A stretch of 32,558 bases of DNA from an uncultured Lachnospiraceae bacterium (GTDB lineage: Bacteria > Bacillota > Clostridia > Lachnospirales > Lachnospiraceae), in contig CACYBJ010000021.1 of NCBI GenBank assembly GCA_902772565.1, forward strand, positions 1 through 32,558, given 5' to 3'. Below are positions 1-10,133 of the stretch, piece by piece (the first letter of the stretch is position 1; each line of letters starts with the position of its first letter). The notes below the pieces were generated by a model. That model did no database searches. It saw nothing but the letters and a program-made list of their open reading frames with translations, and was not told the origin of the DNA. Made by a program: the position numbers and the translations under genes.

Positions 1-1
1 G

Positions 2-862
2 CTATTCCTGCCTGTTATTTCCGAGAATACCCAGCAAGTTGTCGGCAGCTTCGCTGACTCTTATGCAGTTTGTGTCCACCGTCACTCCGGCAGATGCCAG
101 ACGGTGCATGATATAGGTTACTTCCGGAGCCCTGAGCCCTATGCGCTCAAGGTCCTTGTATTTCATAAATACTCTCTTGGGGATGTCGTCATAAATAACT
201 TTGCCGCCCCCAAGCACAATGATTCTTTCGGCAAATCTGGCCACGTGCTCCATGTTATGGGAAACCCAGATGATTGTACAGTTGGTTTCCCTATGGATTT
301 TTCTGATGCTCTCAAGGATTTCATCCCTTCCCACCGGATCAAGTCCCGCGGTAGGCTCGTCCAGAATGAGCACCTCCGGCTGCATGGCAATGACTCCCGC
401 AATGGTCACCCTTTTCTTCTGTCCGCCGGAAAGCTGAAATGGAGACTTTTCGTAATCCTCTTCGGGAATTCCCACCATTTCAAGAGCGGTACGCACCCGC
501 CTGTCTATTTCTTCCTTATCGGTCAGGAAATTGGAAGGGCCAAAGGCCACATCTTTCTATATGTTCTCCTCAAACAGCTGATGGTCCGGATACTGAAATA
601 CCAGTCCCACCTTGCCTCGCAGGGCCTTTCTGTTATAGTTCGGAGCGTTAATATCCTCATCTTCAAAAAGCACACGGCCGCTTGTGGGCTTCACAAGGCC
701 GTTAAGGTGCTGAATAAGCGTGGATTTGCCACAGCCTGTATGTCCGATCACAGCAACGAATTCACCCTTCTCAAAGCCGAGGTTGATATCTGTCAGGGCT
801 TTTTTCTCGAAGGCAGTTCCCGGCTCATACACGTAGTTTACATTTTCAAGTTGTAACTGCAT
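2..862 (-). pseudogene. ecfA2: ECF transporter ATPase EcfA2, frame interrupted by one in-frame TAG at 557..559
   Basis: ORFs 557..862 (Walker A GHTGCGKST, Q-loop FQYPDHQ) and 2..550 (LSGGQKKR, Walker B VLILDEPTAGLD, H-loop VSHNM) are in the same frame. Hand translation reads QLFEENI-TAG-KDVAFGP. The ATG at 860..862 has GGAGG 7 nt upstream and overlaps the end of ecfA1. Identity is secure; whether it is a true pseudogene is not. Confidence 0.85.
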
Positions 863-1712
863 GCGGGTACCTCCTTATGAATTCGTCGGCAAATTCCTGC
901 TCATTAAGGCAAACCGGCATTGGGTACCCTGCCAGAGTAAGCCTGTGGGCAAGATCGGTTGCCTGAGGAACATCAAGTCCAAGGCTCTTCATTTTATCCA
1001 CATCGGCAAATACTTCCCTAGGGGTTCCTCCCATCTCGATTTTTCCTTTATTCATAACGTAAAGCCTGTCAGCATCCACCACTTCGTCCATGTGATGAGT
1101 GACAAGGATTACAGTCATACCTTCTTCTTTATTCAGTTTCTTTACGGTGCCGACAACTTCCGCTCTTCCGATTGGGTCAAGCATGGCTGTAGGCTCATCC
1201 AAAACTATGCATTTGGGGCGCATAGCAAGCACACCTGCTATGGCTACCCTCTGCTTCTGTCCGCCGGAAAGCCGGTTCGGGTCAGAGGCGGCATATGCCG
1301 TCATTCCTACCATATCAAGAGCTTCGCTTACGCGTTTGATGATCTTCTCTGTTGGCACACCCAGGTTTTCGGGACCGAAGGCTACATCTTCATCCACTAC
1401 GGTAGCAATGATCTGATTGTCGGGATTCTGAAATACCATGCCCGCATCCTTTCTTATGGAAAGAATCAGGTCTTCGTCTTCGGTATCATTTTCGCAGACA
1501 AACACTTTTCCCTCGGTAGGGAAAAGAAGGGCGTTGATGTGCTTTGCCAGAGTTGATTTACCGGAACCGTTATGGCCCAGTATGGCTATGAAATCGCCCT
1601 GTTTAACATCCAGGGTAACATCATTAACCGCTCTGACATAATCCACTAGTTCGCCTTCCTCATTGCGCCTTGCAAAATCATGCGATAGATTTTTAATGTC
1701 TATTATTCCCAA
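846..1712 (-). CDS. ecfA1: ECF transporter ATPase EcfA1
   Basis: 288 aa with Walker [25 protein letters not shown], Walker [12 protein letters not shown] and H-loop VTHHM. The start codon is TTG at 1710..1712, with AGGAG 6 nt upstream. Confidence 0.92.
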   Translation of the reverse strand: MGIIDIKNLSHDFARRNEEGELVDYVRAVNDVTLDVKQGDFIAILGHNGSGKSTLAKHINALLFPTEGKVFVCENDTEDEDLILSIRKDAGMVFQNPDNQIIATVVDEDVAFGPENLGVPTEKIIKRVSEALDMVGMTAYAASDPNRLSGGQKQRVAIAGVLAMRPKCIVLDEPTAMLDPIGRAEVVGTVKKLNKEEGMTVILVTHHMDEVVDADRLYVMNKGKIEMGGTPREVFADVDKMKSLGLDVPQATDLAHRLTLAGYPMPVCLNEQEFADEFIRRYPHAVTT

Positions 1713-1734
1713 AGTGTGCTCCTAAAAGGTAATT

Positions 1735-1768
1735 ATAAAAAAGGGAGGATGAATTACCATCCTCCCTC
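1735..1768 (-). terminator. Intrinsic terminator after rplQ
   Basis: On the minus strand, GGGAGGATG-GTAATT-CATCCTCCC is followed by TTTTTTAT. Confidence 0.8.
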
Positions 1769-1780
1769 TCAAAATCTTAA

Positions 1781-2323
1781 TTATACAAGCTCAATCAGAA
1801 CTTCAAGAGCAGCGTCGCCCTTTCTCTGACCGATCTTTACGATTCTTGTGTAACCGCCGTTATGCTTTGAATTAGCATACTTAGGAGCGATCTCATCGAA
1901 AAGCTTAGCTGCAACATCAACCTTTGTTGTTGCCTTCTTCTTTCCGAGTACTGAAGAATCTACTTTCTTTACAGGAAGTACATAAGAATTGATCTTTCTT
2001 CTTGCTGCAAGCTTAGAAGGCTTATCCTTCTTGATTTCTACTTCCTTGTCATCGTAAACAGTAACCTTCTTACCGTCTACAACTTCCTTAACTCTGTTTC
2101 CGTCCTTGTCCTTGCGGGCAACTTTCTTTGTAACGGTTACATTGTCAAAGTTATCTTTTTCTTTAACTGCAAGAGCGATAAGGCTCTCTGCAATCTTCTG
2201 AACTTCTTTTGCTTTAGCTTCAGTAGTAACCATCTTGCCGTTAACTAAGAGGCTTGTTACCTGACCTCTGAGCAACGCTCTTCTCTGAGAAGATGTTCTG
2301 CTGAGTTTTCTATAGCCTGACAT
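1781..2323 (-). CDS. rplQ: 50S ribosomal protein L17 (long form, 180 aa, with internal Lys-rich insertions)
   Basis: The N-terminus [19 protein letters not shown] and C-terminus [25 protein letters not shown] are canonical L17. The gene lies directly downstream of rpoA. Confidence 0.95.
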   Translation of the reverse strand: MSGYRKLSRTSSQRRALLRGQVTSLLVNGKMVTTEAKAKEVQKIAESLIALAVKEKDNFDNVTVTKKVARKDKDGNRVKEVVDGKKVTVYDDKEVEIKKDKPSKLAARRKINSYVLPVKKVDSSVLGKKKATTKVDVAAKLFDEIAPKYANSKHNGGYTRIVKIGQRKGDAALEVLIELV

Positions 2324-2355
2324 AATTTTCCTCCTTGATACGCGGTGAAAAAGAT

Positions 2356-3312
2356 TTATTCATCGCTCGATTTTAAAGATAAACCAAGCTCTTTCAGCTT
2401 GTTAAGTACTTCATCCAATGACTTACGGCCAAGATTTCTGACCTTCATCATGTCTTCTGTTGTTTTATTTGTTAATTCTTCAACAGTGTTGATGTTAGCT
2501 CTCTTAAGGCAGTTGAAAGAACGTACTGAAAGTTCAAGGTCATCGATACTCATTTCAAGTACCTTACCCTTTTCATCATCCTTTGGTTTAGCCATTACCT
2601 CAGCATCCTGAGCACTCTCAGAAAGATCAATGAAGGACTTAAGATGCTCGCTGAGCACCTTTGCTGCAAGACTTACAGCATCATCGGGAGCAATTGTTCC
2701 GTTGGTAAATACATCAAGAGTAAGCTTGTCATAGTCAGTGATCTGGCCGACACGGGTATTCTCAACTGTAACATTTACACGCTCAATAGGTGTGTAAATA
2801 CTGTCAACGGAAATAGTTCCGATAGATGAACTATCCTTTTTATTCTTCTCAGAGCTTACGTAACCTCTTCCTCTGGTGATAGTAAGTTCCATGTAAAGCT
2901 TGGAATCTGCACCGTTTAAGTGCGCAATAACCTGATCCTTGTTGATGATTTCAATATCCTGATCAACATGGATGTCAGCTGCCGTAATTGTACCCTCACC
3001 GGTGAAATCAATGTAAGCAACCTTAGGCTCGTCAGAGTCACTGTTGTTCTTGATTGCAAGGCTCTTGATATTCATGATAATCTCGGTTACATCTTCATGT
3101 ACGCCCGGAATTGTAGAAAACTCATGAACAACGCCATCAATCTTGATCTGGCTTACAGCCGCACCCGGAAGTGAGGAAAGCATGATCCTTCTTAAAGAGT
3201 TACCGAGAGTAATTCCGTAACCTCTTTCAAGGGGTTCACAAATAAAACGTCCATATTTACCGTTTTTCGAAATTTCTGCAATTTCAATCTTTGGTTTCTC
3301 AAAATCAAACAT
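2356..3312 (-). CDS. rpoA: DNA-directed RNA polymerase alpha subunit
   Basis: 318 aa. [22 protein letters not shown] is the N-terminal domain signature, and the C-terminal domain has [15 protein letters not shown]. It sits in the alpha-operon position. Confidence 0.97.
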   Translation of the reverse strand: MFDFEKPKIEIAEISKNGKYGRFICEPLERGYGITLGNSLRRIMLSSLPGAAVSQIKIDGVVHEFSTIPGVHEDVTEIIMNIKSLAIKNNSDSDEPKVAYIDFTGEGTITAADIHVDQDIEIINKDQVIAHLNGADSKLYMELTITRGRGYVSSEKNKKDSSSIGTISVDSIYTPIERVNVTVENTRVGQITDYDKLTLDVFTNGTIAPDDAVSLAAKVLSEHLKSFIDLSESAQDAEVMAKPKDDEKGKVLEMSIDDLELSVRSFNCLKRANINTVEELTNKTTEDMMKVRNLGRKSLDEVLNKLKELGLSLKSSDE

Positions 3313-3351
3313 ATCTGACCCTCCTTATGGGAGTTGGAATCGGACCCTTTA

Positions 3352-3954
3352 TTATTTAGAGTACAATTCGACAATAAGCACTTCGTTTACAGGAACATCG
3401 ATTTCTTCTCTTGTAGGATAGGACTTAACTGTACCTGTAAGATTATCCTGGTCTGATTCGAGCCAAGCAGGAACGGATCTGCCCTTAGTTACTTCGACAA
3501 CATCCTTGAATCTCTGTCCGGCCTTGTTCTTTGCCTTTTCGGAAACTGTGATAACATCTCCTGCCTTTACAGCATATGAAGGAATGTTAACTGTCTTTCC
3601 GTTAACCTGAATGTGCTTATGATCAACGATCTGTCTTGCTTCTACTCTTGTTCTTGCGAAACCAAGACGGAAAACTACGTTGTCAAGTCTTGTCTCAAGA
3701 AGGACCATAAGGTTCTCACCTGTTGTGCCGAACTTAGCCTTCTGAGCCTTTTCATAGTAATTGCGGAATGGCTTCTCAAGTACACCGTAGATGAACTTAG
3801 CCTTCTGCTTTTCTCTTAACTGATTACCATAGTCACTAACTTTTTTGCCTGCTCTTAAGTTCTTTCTGTTTGACTTCTTGTCAATACCGAGAACATAAGG
3901 TTCAATACCGAGACTTCTGCATCTCTTTAAAACAGGGCTCATATCTCTTGCCAT
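3352..3954 (-). CDS. rpsD: 30S ribosomal protein S4
   Basis: 200 aa with an S4 domain ([31 protein letters not shown]). There is a GGAGG ribosome-binding site. Confidence 0.97.
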   Translation of the reverse strand: MARDMSPVLKRCRSLGIEPYVLGIDKKSNRKNLRAGKKVSDYGNQLREKQKAKFIYGVLEKPFRNYYEKAQKAKFGTTGENLMVLLETRLDNVVFRLGFARTRVEARQIVDHKHIQVNGKTVNIPSYAVKAGDVITVSEKAKNKAGQRFKDVVEVTKGRSVPAWLESDQDNLTGTVKSYPTREEIDVPVNEVLIVELYSK

Positions 3955-3972
3955 GTTATATATCCTCCTTAA

Positions 3973-4380
3973 TCAGACTCTTCTGCGCTTTGGTGGGCGG
4001 CAACCATTGTGAGGAACCGGTGTAACGTCGCAGATGCTTGTTACGTTGATTCCGCATGCCTGAAGTGCACGGATTGCTGCTTCACGTCCTGAACCAGGTC
4101 CCTTAACGAAAACGTCAACAGACTTAAGTCCCTGTGTCACTGCTGTCTTAGCGGCAGTCTCTGCTGCCATCTGAGCTGCATAAGGAGTGGATTTTCTTGA
4201 ACCTCTGAATCCTAAGCCGCCTGCGCTGGCCCATGATATAGCGTTACCCTCAGCATCAGTGAGTGTAACAATAGTATTATTGAATGAAGACTGGATATGT
4301 GCCTGTCCGCGATCAAGAACTTTCTTGACACGCTTCTTTGCAGCTGTCTTCTTTGATGATGCTGCTACTTTCTTAGCCAT
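3973..4380 (-). CDS. rpsK: 30S ribosomal protein S11
   Basis: Contains the S11 core [18 protein letters not shown]...[15 protein letters not shown] chose the ATG at 4380 (GGAGG 7 nt upstream) rather than the GTG at 4383 used by the ORF track. Confidence 0.95.
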   Translation of the reverse strand: MAKKVAASSKKTAAKKRVKKVLDRGQAHIQSSFNNTIVTLTDAEGNAISWASAGGLGFRGSRKSTPYAAQMAAETAAKTAVTQGLKSVDVFVKGPGSGREAAIRALQACGINVTSICDVTPVPHNGCRPPKRRRV

Positions 4381-4412
4381 CACTTAACCTCCTGATAGAT
4401 TAATTTAAAGTA

Positions 4413-4781
4413 TTATTTCTTCTTGTTTGCTACAGTACGCTTAGGACCTTTACGGGTTCTTGCGTTTGTCTTAGTCTTCTGTCCACGAACAGGGAGACCC
4501 TTTCTGTGACGAATGCCTCTGTAGCATCCCATTTCCTGAAGTCGCTTGATGTTAAGAGCAACTTCTCTCTTTAAATCACCTTCTACGAGGTAATCAGCAT
4601 CGATGACATCACGGATTCTGCTAACTTCTTCATCCGTAAGGTCACGGCATCTTGTGTCCGGATTGACATTTGCCTTTTCCAGAATCTTGGTTGCACTTAC
4701 TCTGCCTATACCGTAAACATAAGTAAGTCCGATTTCTACACGTTTCTCTCTTGGTAAATCAACACCACTGATACGAGCCAT
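4413..4781 (-). CDS. rpsM: 30S ribosomal protein S13
   Basis: 122 aa beginning [26 protein letters not shown]. There is a GGAGG ribosome-binding site. Confidence 0.97.
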   Translation of the reverse strand: MARISGVDLPREKRVEIGLTYVYGIGRVSATKILEKANVNPDTRCRDLTDEEVSRIRDVIDADYLVEGDLKREVALNIKRLQEMGCYRGIRHRKGLPVRGQKTKTNARTRKGPKRTVANKKK

Positions 4782-4800
4782 GTATTTTTCCTCCGTTAAT

Positions 4801-4975
4801 AATCTTTTGTGGGAATATTCCCAATCGAGAGAATCTCCCGTGCCGGGTTCTTTCCGGCTCAGCCGCTTTAAACCATGACCCCGGTAACCTTACCGGCGAA
4901 AGGACCAGGATAATGACGAGGTCCTAAAGAACATCCCTATTGCATTTCGGTGCGGGACGCCCCCACGGTATCACA
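4801..4975 (-). promoter_or_regulatory. Structured untranslated spacer upstream of rpsM; candidate ribosomal-protein autoregulatory leader
   Basis: GC-rich stem-loops on the minus strand: GTG-G-GGG/CCC-G-CAC, AGGACC/GGTCCT, CCGGTAA/TTACCGG, GCCGG/CCGGC and GGGAATATTCCC. No ORF or ribosome-binding site is present. The function is inferred only. Confidence 0.3.
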
Positions 4976-5047
4976 ATTGGTTTATTGTAACACAAAAAGC
5001 AAGAACATTACTGTATATAGGAAACGGTGTTCCTGTTACACCGTATA

Positions 5048-5161
5048 TCAGCCCTGTCTCTGTTTGTGTCTTGGGTTCTCGCATATAACCATTATGCGGC
5101 CCTTTCTCTTGATGATCTTGCACTTTTCGCAGATCGGTTTTACTGAAGCTCTTACTTTCAT
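5048..5161 (-). CDS. rpmJ: 50S ribosomal protein L36 (Zn-ribbon form)
   Basis: Not in the ORF track. Hand translation gives [37 protein letters not shown] followed by TGA. GGAGG lies 6 nt upstream of the ATG at 5159..5161. Confidence 0.95.
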   Translation of the reverse strand: MKVRASVKPICEKCKIIKRKGRIMVICENPRHKQRQG

Positions 5162-5233
5162 AATAACCTCCAATGTCTTGAGCATCCTGTTACATCTACG
5201 CCCACGATGCTCTCCGCAAGGCGCAAAGGGACC

Positions 5234-5291
5234 CTAAAAACGCAAAAGTCCACTTGGCATTCTAACACATAGCAAATTAGAATGCAAGTGG
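5234..5291 (-). terminator. Intrinsic terminator after infA
   Basis: On the minus strand, CCACTTGCATTCTAA-loop-TTAGAATGCCAAGTGG (one bulge) is followed by ACTTTTGCGTTTTT. Confidence 0.7.
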
Positions 5292-5330
5292 AAATTTTAC
5301 TTTTTTATAGATGTTTTTTATTGTTAAAGA

Positions 5331-5549
5331 CTATTTGTCTCTCCAGATAATTCTGCCTTTTGTAAGGTCATAAGGTGACATCTCAAGAGTAACCTTATCA
5401 CCCGGGACAATCTTGATGTAATTCATTCTGAGCTTTCCGCTGATGTGCGCCAGAACAATGTGTCCGTTTTCGATTTCAACTTTGAACATGGCGTTGGGAA
5501 GCTTTTCAACTACCTTACCTTCAATTTCAAGAACGTCTGCCTTTGACAT
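5331..5549 (-). CDS. infA: Translation initiation factor IF-1
   Basis: 72 aa. It has the S1-like fold sequence [44 protein letters not shown]. Confidence 0.97.
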   Translation of the reverse strand: MSKADVLEIEGKVVEKLPNAMFKVEIENGHIVLAHISGKLRMNYIKIVPGDKVTLEMSPYDLTKGRIIWRDK

Positions 5550-5565
5550 AAATACCTCCGTCTGA

Positions 5566-6207
5566 TTATTTAAGTATCTGCATGATACTGTTAAATACTA
5601 CATCAACATCCTGTGTTCCGTCAACAGTCATTAAGATTCCGGCATTGTTATAGAAATCAATGAGAGGCTGTGTCTGCTCATGATATACCGAAAGTCTCTT
5701 CTGTACGGTTTCCGGCTTGTCATCATCTCTGATCATGAGTTCGCCTCCGCAGAGATCGCATATGCCTTCAACCTTTGTAGGATTGTACTTAATATGGAAG
5801 GTTCCGCCGCAAGCTGCGCAGGCTCTTCTTCCGCTCATTCTTGTAACAATCTTTTCATCCGGAACATCTACGTCAATGGCGAAGTCCAGCTTGTCGCCCT
5901 TGTCGGCAAGACTCTTAGCGAGTGCTTCTGCCTGAGCGATGGTTCTCGGGAATCCGTCAAGAACATAGCCTGATGCACAATCCGGCTCAGCGAAACGGTC
6001 CATGATGAGTTCAAGTGTGAGTGAATCAGGAACAAGTTTTCCTTCATCCATGTATGCCTTTGCTCTCTTACCGAGTTCTGTGCCGTTCTTTATATTTGCT
6101 CTGAAAATGTCTCCTGTAGAAATGTGAGGAATGTTGTACTCAGCGGCAATCTTCTTTGCCTGAGTTCCTTTTCCCGCACCGGGAGCTCCTAACATAACAA
6201 TTTTCAT
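5566..6207 (-). CDS. adk: Adenylate kinase (Cys4 zinc-lid type)
   Basis: 213 aa with P-loop [10 protein letters not shown] and lid cysteines CAACG...CDLCG. Confidence 0.97.
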   Translation of the reverse strand: MKIVMLGAPGAGKGTQAKKIAAEYNIPHISTGDIFRANIKNGTELGKRAKAYMDEGKLVPDSLTLELIMDRFAEPDCASGYVLDGFPRTIAQAEALAKSLADKGDKLDFAIDVDVPDEKIVTRMSGRRACAACGGTFHIKYNPTKVEGICDLCGGELMIRDDDKPETVQKRLSVYHEQTQPLIDFYNNAGILMTVDGTQDVDVVFNSIMQILK

Positions 6208-6268
6208 ATTCTTACTACCTTATCACAAAATAAGAGGGCAAACCCCTAAGGGCCTGCCCTCAAATCAA

Positions 6269-7600
6269 TTAAGCATTTAAAAATCCTTTATAATGACGTT
6301 CAACCATCATAGATTCGATCTGCTTTAATGTTTCAAGGACAACACCTACGATAATGATAAGTGATGTTCCGCCGAATGAAACTCTTGCGTTGAATACTCC
6401 CGCAAATACGATTGGGAGAAGTGCAACGATACTGAGCATGATAGCACCGATAAATACGATTCTGTTAAGAATAGTTGTAAGGTGCTCTGTGGTAGGCTTG
6501 CCGGGACGAATACCCGGAATGAATCCACCTGACTTCTTCATGTTGTTTGCTACTTCCATAGGGTTAAATGTAACACTTGTATAGAAGTAAGCAAAGAAGA
6601 TGATGAGAAGTACATAGATTACTGCTCCAAGAGTATACTTGAACTCATCCATGCTGTCGAAATTAAACCAGTTTGAATCATTAATCAGATAAAGGAACTT
6701 CTGGAAAAATGATGCAGATGAACCTGTTGCTCCCTTTACTCCAAGGAATGAAGCAATAATAATCGGGAACTGGAATAATGAAATAGCGAAGATTACAGGG
6801 ATAACGCCCGAGGTGTTAACCTTTAACGGGATGAAAGAGCCCTGACCTCCCATAAGTCTTCTTCCAACGATTTTCTGGCTGTACTGTACCGGTATTCTTC
6901 TGATAGCATCCTGAAGAAGGATGATGAATACAACAGTTACTATTACAACGGCTGCAATGATGAAGCCTGCAAGAACACCCTTAGGAACTGAATCGGCACC
7001 CTTGATGAATACCTGATAAAGATTCTTGAAGTCCGAAGGAAGCTTTGCAATGATGTTAATAGTAAGGATAATAGATACGCCGTTACCTACACCATATTCG
7101 GTGATATTCTCACCAAGCCACATAAGGAAAGCAGAACCTGCTGTGAATGTAACCATGATGAGAATGATTGTAAGTACGCCACTCTTGCTTGTATATCCGT
7201 TGTTAGAGAAACCGATTGCCATTGCACCTGACTCAATAAGAGCGAGTACGATGGTAAGGTATCTGGAGATCTCTGCAATCTTCTTTCTTCCGGTCTCTCC
7301 GTCTTTCTGCATTTCAGCAAGTGCCGGGATGGCAATTGTCATGAGCTGCATGATAATTGAAGAGTTAATGTACGGGGAGATGTTCAATGCGAGGATGGAC
7401 ATCTGTGTGAATGAACCACCTGTAAGTGCATCGAAGAATCCCAGTTCCATGTTTGAAAGCCATGAAGATACAAGTTCCTGGTTAATACCCGGAGCAGGGA
7501 TCTGACAACCTAAACGAACGACAACAAGACAAAAGAGGACAAAGAAAATTCTTTTCCTTAAATCTTTTACCTTAAATGCGTTTACCAGTGTCTTGAACAT
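6269..7600 (-). CDS. secY: Preprotein translocase subunit SecY
   Basis: 443 aa, polytopic membrane protein. The GGSFTQMSILALNISPYINSSII motif is present. The start lies 2 nt after the rplO stop. Confidence 0.96.
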   Translation of the reverse strand: MFKTLVNAFKVKDLRKRIFFVLFCLVVVRLGCQIPAPGINQELVSSWLSNMELGFFDALTGGSFTQMSILALNISPYINSSIIMQLMTIAIPALAEMQKDGETGRKKIAEISRYLTIVLALIESGAMAIGFSNNGYTSKSGVLTIILIMVTFTAGSAFLMWLGENITEYGVGNGVSIILTINIIAKLPSDFKNLYQVFIKGADSVPKGVLAGFIIAAVVIVTVVFIILLQDAIRRIPVQYSQKIVGRRLMGGQGSFIPLKVNTSGVIPVIFAISLFQFPIIIASFLGVKGATGSSASFFQKFLYLINDSNWFNFDSMDEFKYTLGAVIYVLLIIFFAYFYTSVTFNPMEVANNMKKSGGFIPGIRPGKPTTEHLTTILNRIVFIGAIMLSIVALLPIVFAGVFNARVSFGGTSLIIIVGVVLETLKQIESMMVERHYKGFLNA

Positions 7601-7601
7601 A

Positions 7602-8042
7602 TTAGATTACCTCTGCGGTGCCTCCAAGTGCCTCGATTTTTTCCTTTGCACTTGCGCTGTATGCGTTAACCTTAACATTAAGTTTCTTTGTGAGTTCGCC
7701 GTTACCGAGAATCTTTACACCATCACGTGTATGGCTGATGAGACCCTTAGCGATAAGGCTTGCTGCAGTTACTTCTTCGCCGTCTTCAAATCTGTTGAGC
7801 ATGCTTACGTTTACTGCAACAATGTCCTTAGTGTTAATGTTCTTGAATCCGCGCTTAGGAAGTCTTCTGTATAAAGGCATCTGACCACCTTCAAAACCTG
7901 TACGCGGTGCTCCTGAACGAGCCTTCTGACCCTTATGGCCCTTACCGGCTGTCTTTCCGTTTCCTGAACCGTGACCACGTCCGCGTCTGAACGCATCACT
8001 GTGCTTGGAACCTTCTGCCGGCTTTAACTCTGATAAATTCAT
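7602..8042 (-). CDS. rplO: 50S ribosomal protein L15
   Basis: 146 aa with a Gly/Arg-rich N-terminus ([26 protein letters not shown]). Confidence 0.96.
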   Translation of the reverse strand: MNLSELKPAEGSKHSDAFRRGRGHGSGNGKTAGKGHKGQKARSGAPRTGFEGGQMPLYRRLPKRGFKNINTKDIVAVNVSMLNRFEDGEEVTAASLIAKGLISHTRDGVKILGNGELTKKLNVKVNAYSASAKEKIEALGGTAEVI

Positions 8043-8052
8043 AGTTGCCCTC

Positions 8053-8232
8053 CTATACTTCTTCTACCTTAACCAGGTGACGAACCTGCTGGATCATTCC
8101 CTTGGTTGCTGCATTATCAGGAAGAACCTTGCTTGCACCGATCTTCTTGAGACCAAGTGCTTCAACTGTCTTCTTGTGTTTAGGAATTGCACCTATGGTA
8201 GACTTTACTAATGTTATTTTTAACTCTGCCAT
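8053..8232 (-). CDS. rpmD: 50S ribosomal protein L30
   Basis: Not in the ORF track (59 aa). Hand translation gives [59 protein letters not shown] followed by TAG. It lies between rpsE and rplO as expected. Confidence 0.93.
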   Translation of the reverse strand: MAELKITLVKSTIGAIPKHKKTVEALGLKKIGASKVLPDNAATKGMIQQVRHLVKVEEV

Positions 8233-8246
8233 AATATATTTGCCTC

Positions 8247-8747
8247 CTATAAATCACTTACGGAAATACCACGCTTTGCAGCAACTTCCTCAGGAGTCTT
8301 AAGATTCTTTAAGCCTTCGATAGTTGCGAGAACAACGTTCTGCTTATTGTGGGAACCGAGTAACTTTGTACGGATGTTTCTGTAACCGGCAATCTCAAGT
8401 ACTGAACGAGCAGGACCTCCGGCGATGATACCTGTACCTTCGGGAGCTCTCTTGATGAGAACGTTTGCACTGCCGAATGTACCGATGAAATCGTGAGGAA
8501 CACTTCCGTTCTTGTCGATAGGAAGAGAAACCATGTGCTTGATTGCATCTTCCTTACCCTTACGGATTGCTTCAGGAACTTCAGTTGCTTTTCCGAGACC
8601 TGCGCCTACGCGACCGTTGCCGTCACCGACGATAACAAGTGCTGCGAAACGCATGTGACGTCCACCCTTAACAACCTTGGTAACTCGCTTGATTGCTACA
8701 ACCTTGTCCTTTAATTCTGACTGGCTGGCATCTATATTCTGTCTCAT
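8247..8747 (-). CDS. rpsE: 30S ribosomal protein S5
   Basis: 166 aa containing [39 protein letters not shown]. Confidence 0.97.
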   Translation of the reverse strand: MRQNIDASQSELKDKVVAIKRVTKVVKGGRHMRFAALVIVGDGNGRVGAGLGKATEVPEAIRKGKEDAIKHMVSLPIDKNGSVPHDFIGTFGSANVLIKRAPEGTGIIAGGPARSVLEIAGYRNIRTKLLGSHNKQNVVLATIEGLKNLKTPEEVAAKRGISVSDL

Positions 8748-8758
8748 GTGATAACCTC

Positions 8759-9121
8759 CTAAAATACCAGACCAGCTTCACGAGCTGCTTCTGCTAATGC
8801 CTGAACTTTTCCGGCGTATATGAATCCGCCTCTGTCAAATACAACTTCTTTGATTCCTGCAGCCTGAGCCTTTTCAGCGATAGCTTTTCCAAGTGCGGAT
8901 GCTGCTGCTACATCATTTGTCTTCTCAAGACCAAGGTCCTTATCGAGAGTTGAAGCTGCAACGAGAGTCTTTCCGGCAACGTCATCAATGATCTGCACAT
9001 ACATGTGCTTGTTGCTTCTGAAAACTGCTAAACGCGGCATTTCAGGTGTGCCGGAGAAACGATTACGGATTCTGAGATGCTTTTTAGCACGAACTTCAGA
9101 TCTGTTCTTTTTACTAACCAT
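8759..9121 (-). CDS. rplR: 50S ribosomal protein L18
   Basis: 120 aa containing [17 protein letters not shown] and [24 protein letters not shown]. Confidence 0.97.
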   Translation of the reverse strand: MVSKKNRSEVRAKKHLRIRNRFSGTPEMPRLAVFRSNKHMYVQIIDDVAGKTLVAASTLDKDLGLEKTNDVAAASALGKAIAEKAQAAGIKEVVFDRGGFIYAGKVQALAEAAREAGLVF

Positions 9122-9135
9122 TACTTTTCTCCTTT

Positions 9136-9678
9136 CTACTTCTTACCTGTCTTACCGACTTTACGCTTGATCACTTCATCAGCATACTTGATTCCCTTGC
9201 CCTTGTATGGTTCCGGTCCTCTCTTCTCTCTGATTTCAGCGGCATACTGTCCTACTTTTTCCTTGTCGATACCCTTAACAGTGATCTTGTTCTGTCCTTC
9301 AAGAACAGTCTCGATACCGTCAGGATCAACCATGATTACCGGATGAGAGTAGCCAAGGATAAGTGTAAGTTCCTTACCCTGCTTCTGTGCTCTGTAACCA
9401 ACACCGTTTACTTCAAGCACTTTCTCATATCCGTCAGTAACACCCTTAACCATGTTGGCAAGGAGTGTTCTTGTAAGTCCGTGTAAGGACTTGTTTCTCT
9501 TTAAATCGTTAGGTCTGTTGACAACTACTTCTGCGCCTTCAACCTTGATTTCCATCTCAGGTGCAAGTGCTCTTGAAAGTGTGCCCTTAGGACCCTTTAC
9601 AGTCACAAAATTATTTTCTGCTATATCTATGGTTACGCCCGCAGGTATAGCGATCGGCATTTTTCCAATACGTGACAT
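9136..9678 (-). CDS. rplF: 50S ribosomal protein L6
   Basis: 180 aa beginning [15 protein letters not shown]. Confidence 0.97.
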   Translation of the reverse strand: MSRIGKMPIAIPAGVTIDIAENNFVTVKGPKGTLSRALAPEMEIKVEGAEVVVNRPNDLKRNKSLHGLTRTLLANMVKGVTDGYEKVLEVNGVGYRAQKQGKELTLILGYSHPVIMVDPDGIETVLEGQNKITVKGIDKEKVGQYAAEIREKRGPEPYKGKGIKYADEVIKRKVGKTGKK

Positions 9679-9699
9679 GCCCGTACCTCCTGTTTAATA

Positions 9700-10101
9700 T
9701 TACCAGATGTAAGCAATTACTTCGCCGCCTACGTTAAGGCTTCTTGCTTCTTTATCTGTGATGATTCCCTTGTTTGTAGAAACGATAGCAATTCCAAGAC
9801 CGCCAAGTACATGAGGAAGTTCATCCTTACCTGCATATACACGAAGACCCGGCTTTGAAATTCTCTTGAGACCGGTAATAGTCTTCTCTGACTTGTTCTT
9901 ACCGTACTTAAGAGTAATATGGATGTTGCTGAAGTTTCCGGCGTCTACGATCTCGTAAGCCTTGATATAACCTTCTTTAAGAAGAATATCTGCGATAGCA
10001 ACCTTGATCTTAGAAGCGGGAACATCCACAGTATCATGTTTTGCAGTATTTGCATTACGGATTCTTGTAAGCATATCTGCAATAGGATCACTCATTGTCA
10101 T
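9700..10101 (-). CDS. rpsH: 30S ribosomal protein S8
   Basis: 133 aa containing [13 protein letters not shown]. Confidence 0.97.
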   Translation of the reverse strand: MTMSDPIADMLTRIRNANTAKHDTVDVPASKIKVAIADILLKEGYIKAYEIVDAGNFSNIHITLKYGKNKSEKTITGLKRISKPGLRVYAGKDELPHVLGGLGIAIVSTNKGIITDKEARSLNVGGEVIAYIW

Positions 10102-10133
10102 TGATATTTACCTCCATTAATAATCGGATTGCT

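Noticed and set aside
557-559. Possible TAG reassignment or alternative genetic code as an explanation for the internal TAG in ecfA2
   Set aside because: TAG is used as an ordinary terminator at natural protein ends elsewhere in this window: ecfA2 itself at 2..4, rpmD at 8053..8055, the DUF4364-like gene at 20721..20723 and barstar at 20720..20722. A global reassignment is therefore not supported.
104-1556. Long plus-strand ORFs 104..856 (250 aa) and 861..1556 (231 aa)
   Set aside because: They are antisense to the well-supported ecfA2 and ecfA1 genes. They have no ribosome-binding site and no recognisable motifs, and their composition is typical of the reverse frames of ABC ATPase genes.
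4950-5237. Plus-strand ORF of 95 aa
   Set aside because: It lies antisense across rpmJ and its flanking spacers, has no ribosome-binding site and has low-complexity Cys/Leu content. It is spurious.
7026-7505. Plus-strand ORF of 159 aa, plus other 60-120-aa ORFs nested in ribosomal and secY genes
   Set aside because: All are antisense or out of frame within strongly supported conserved genes, and none has translation signals.
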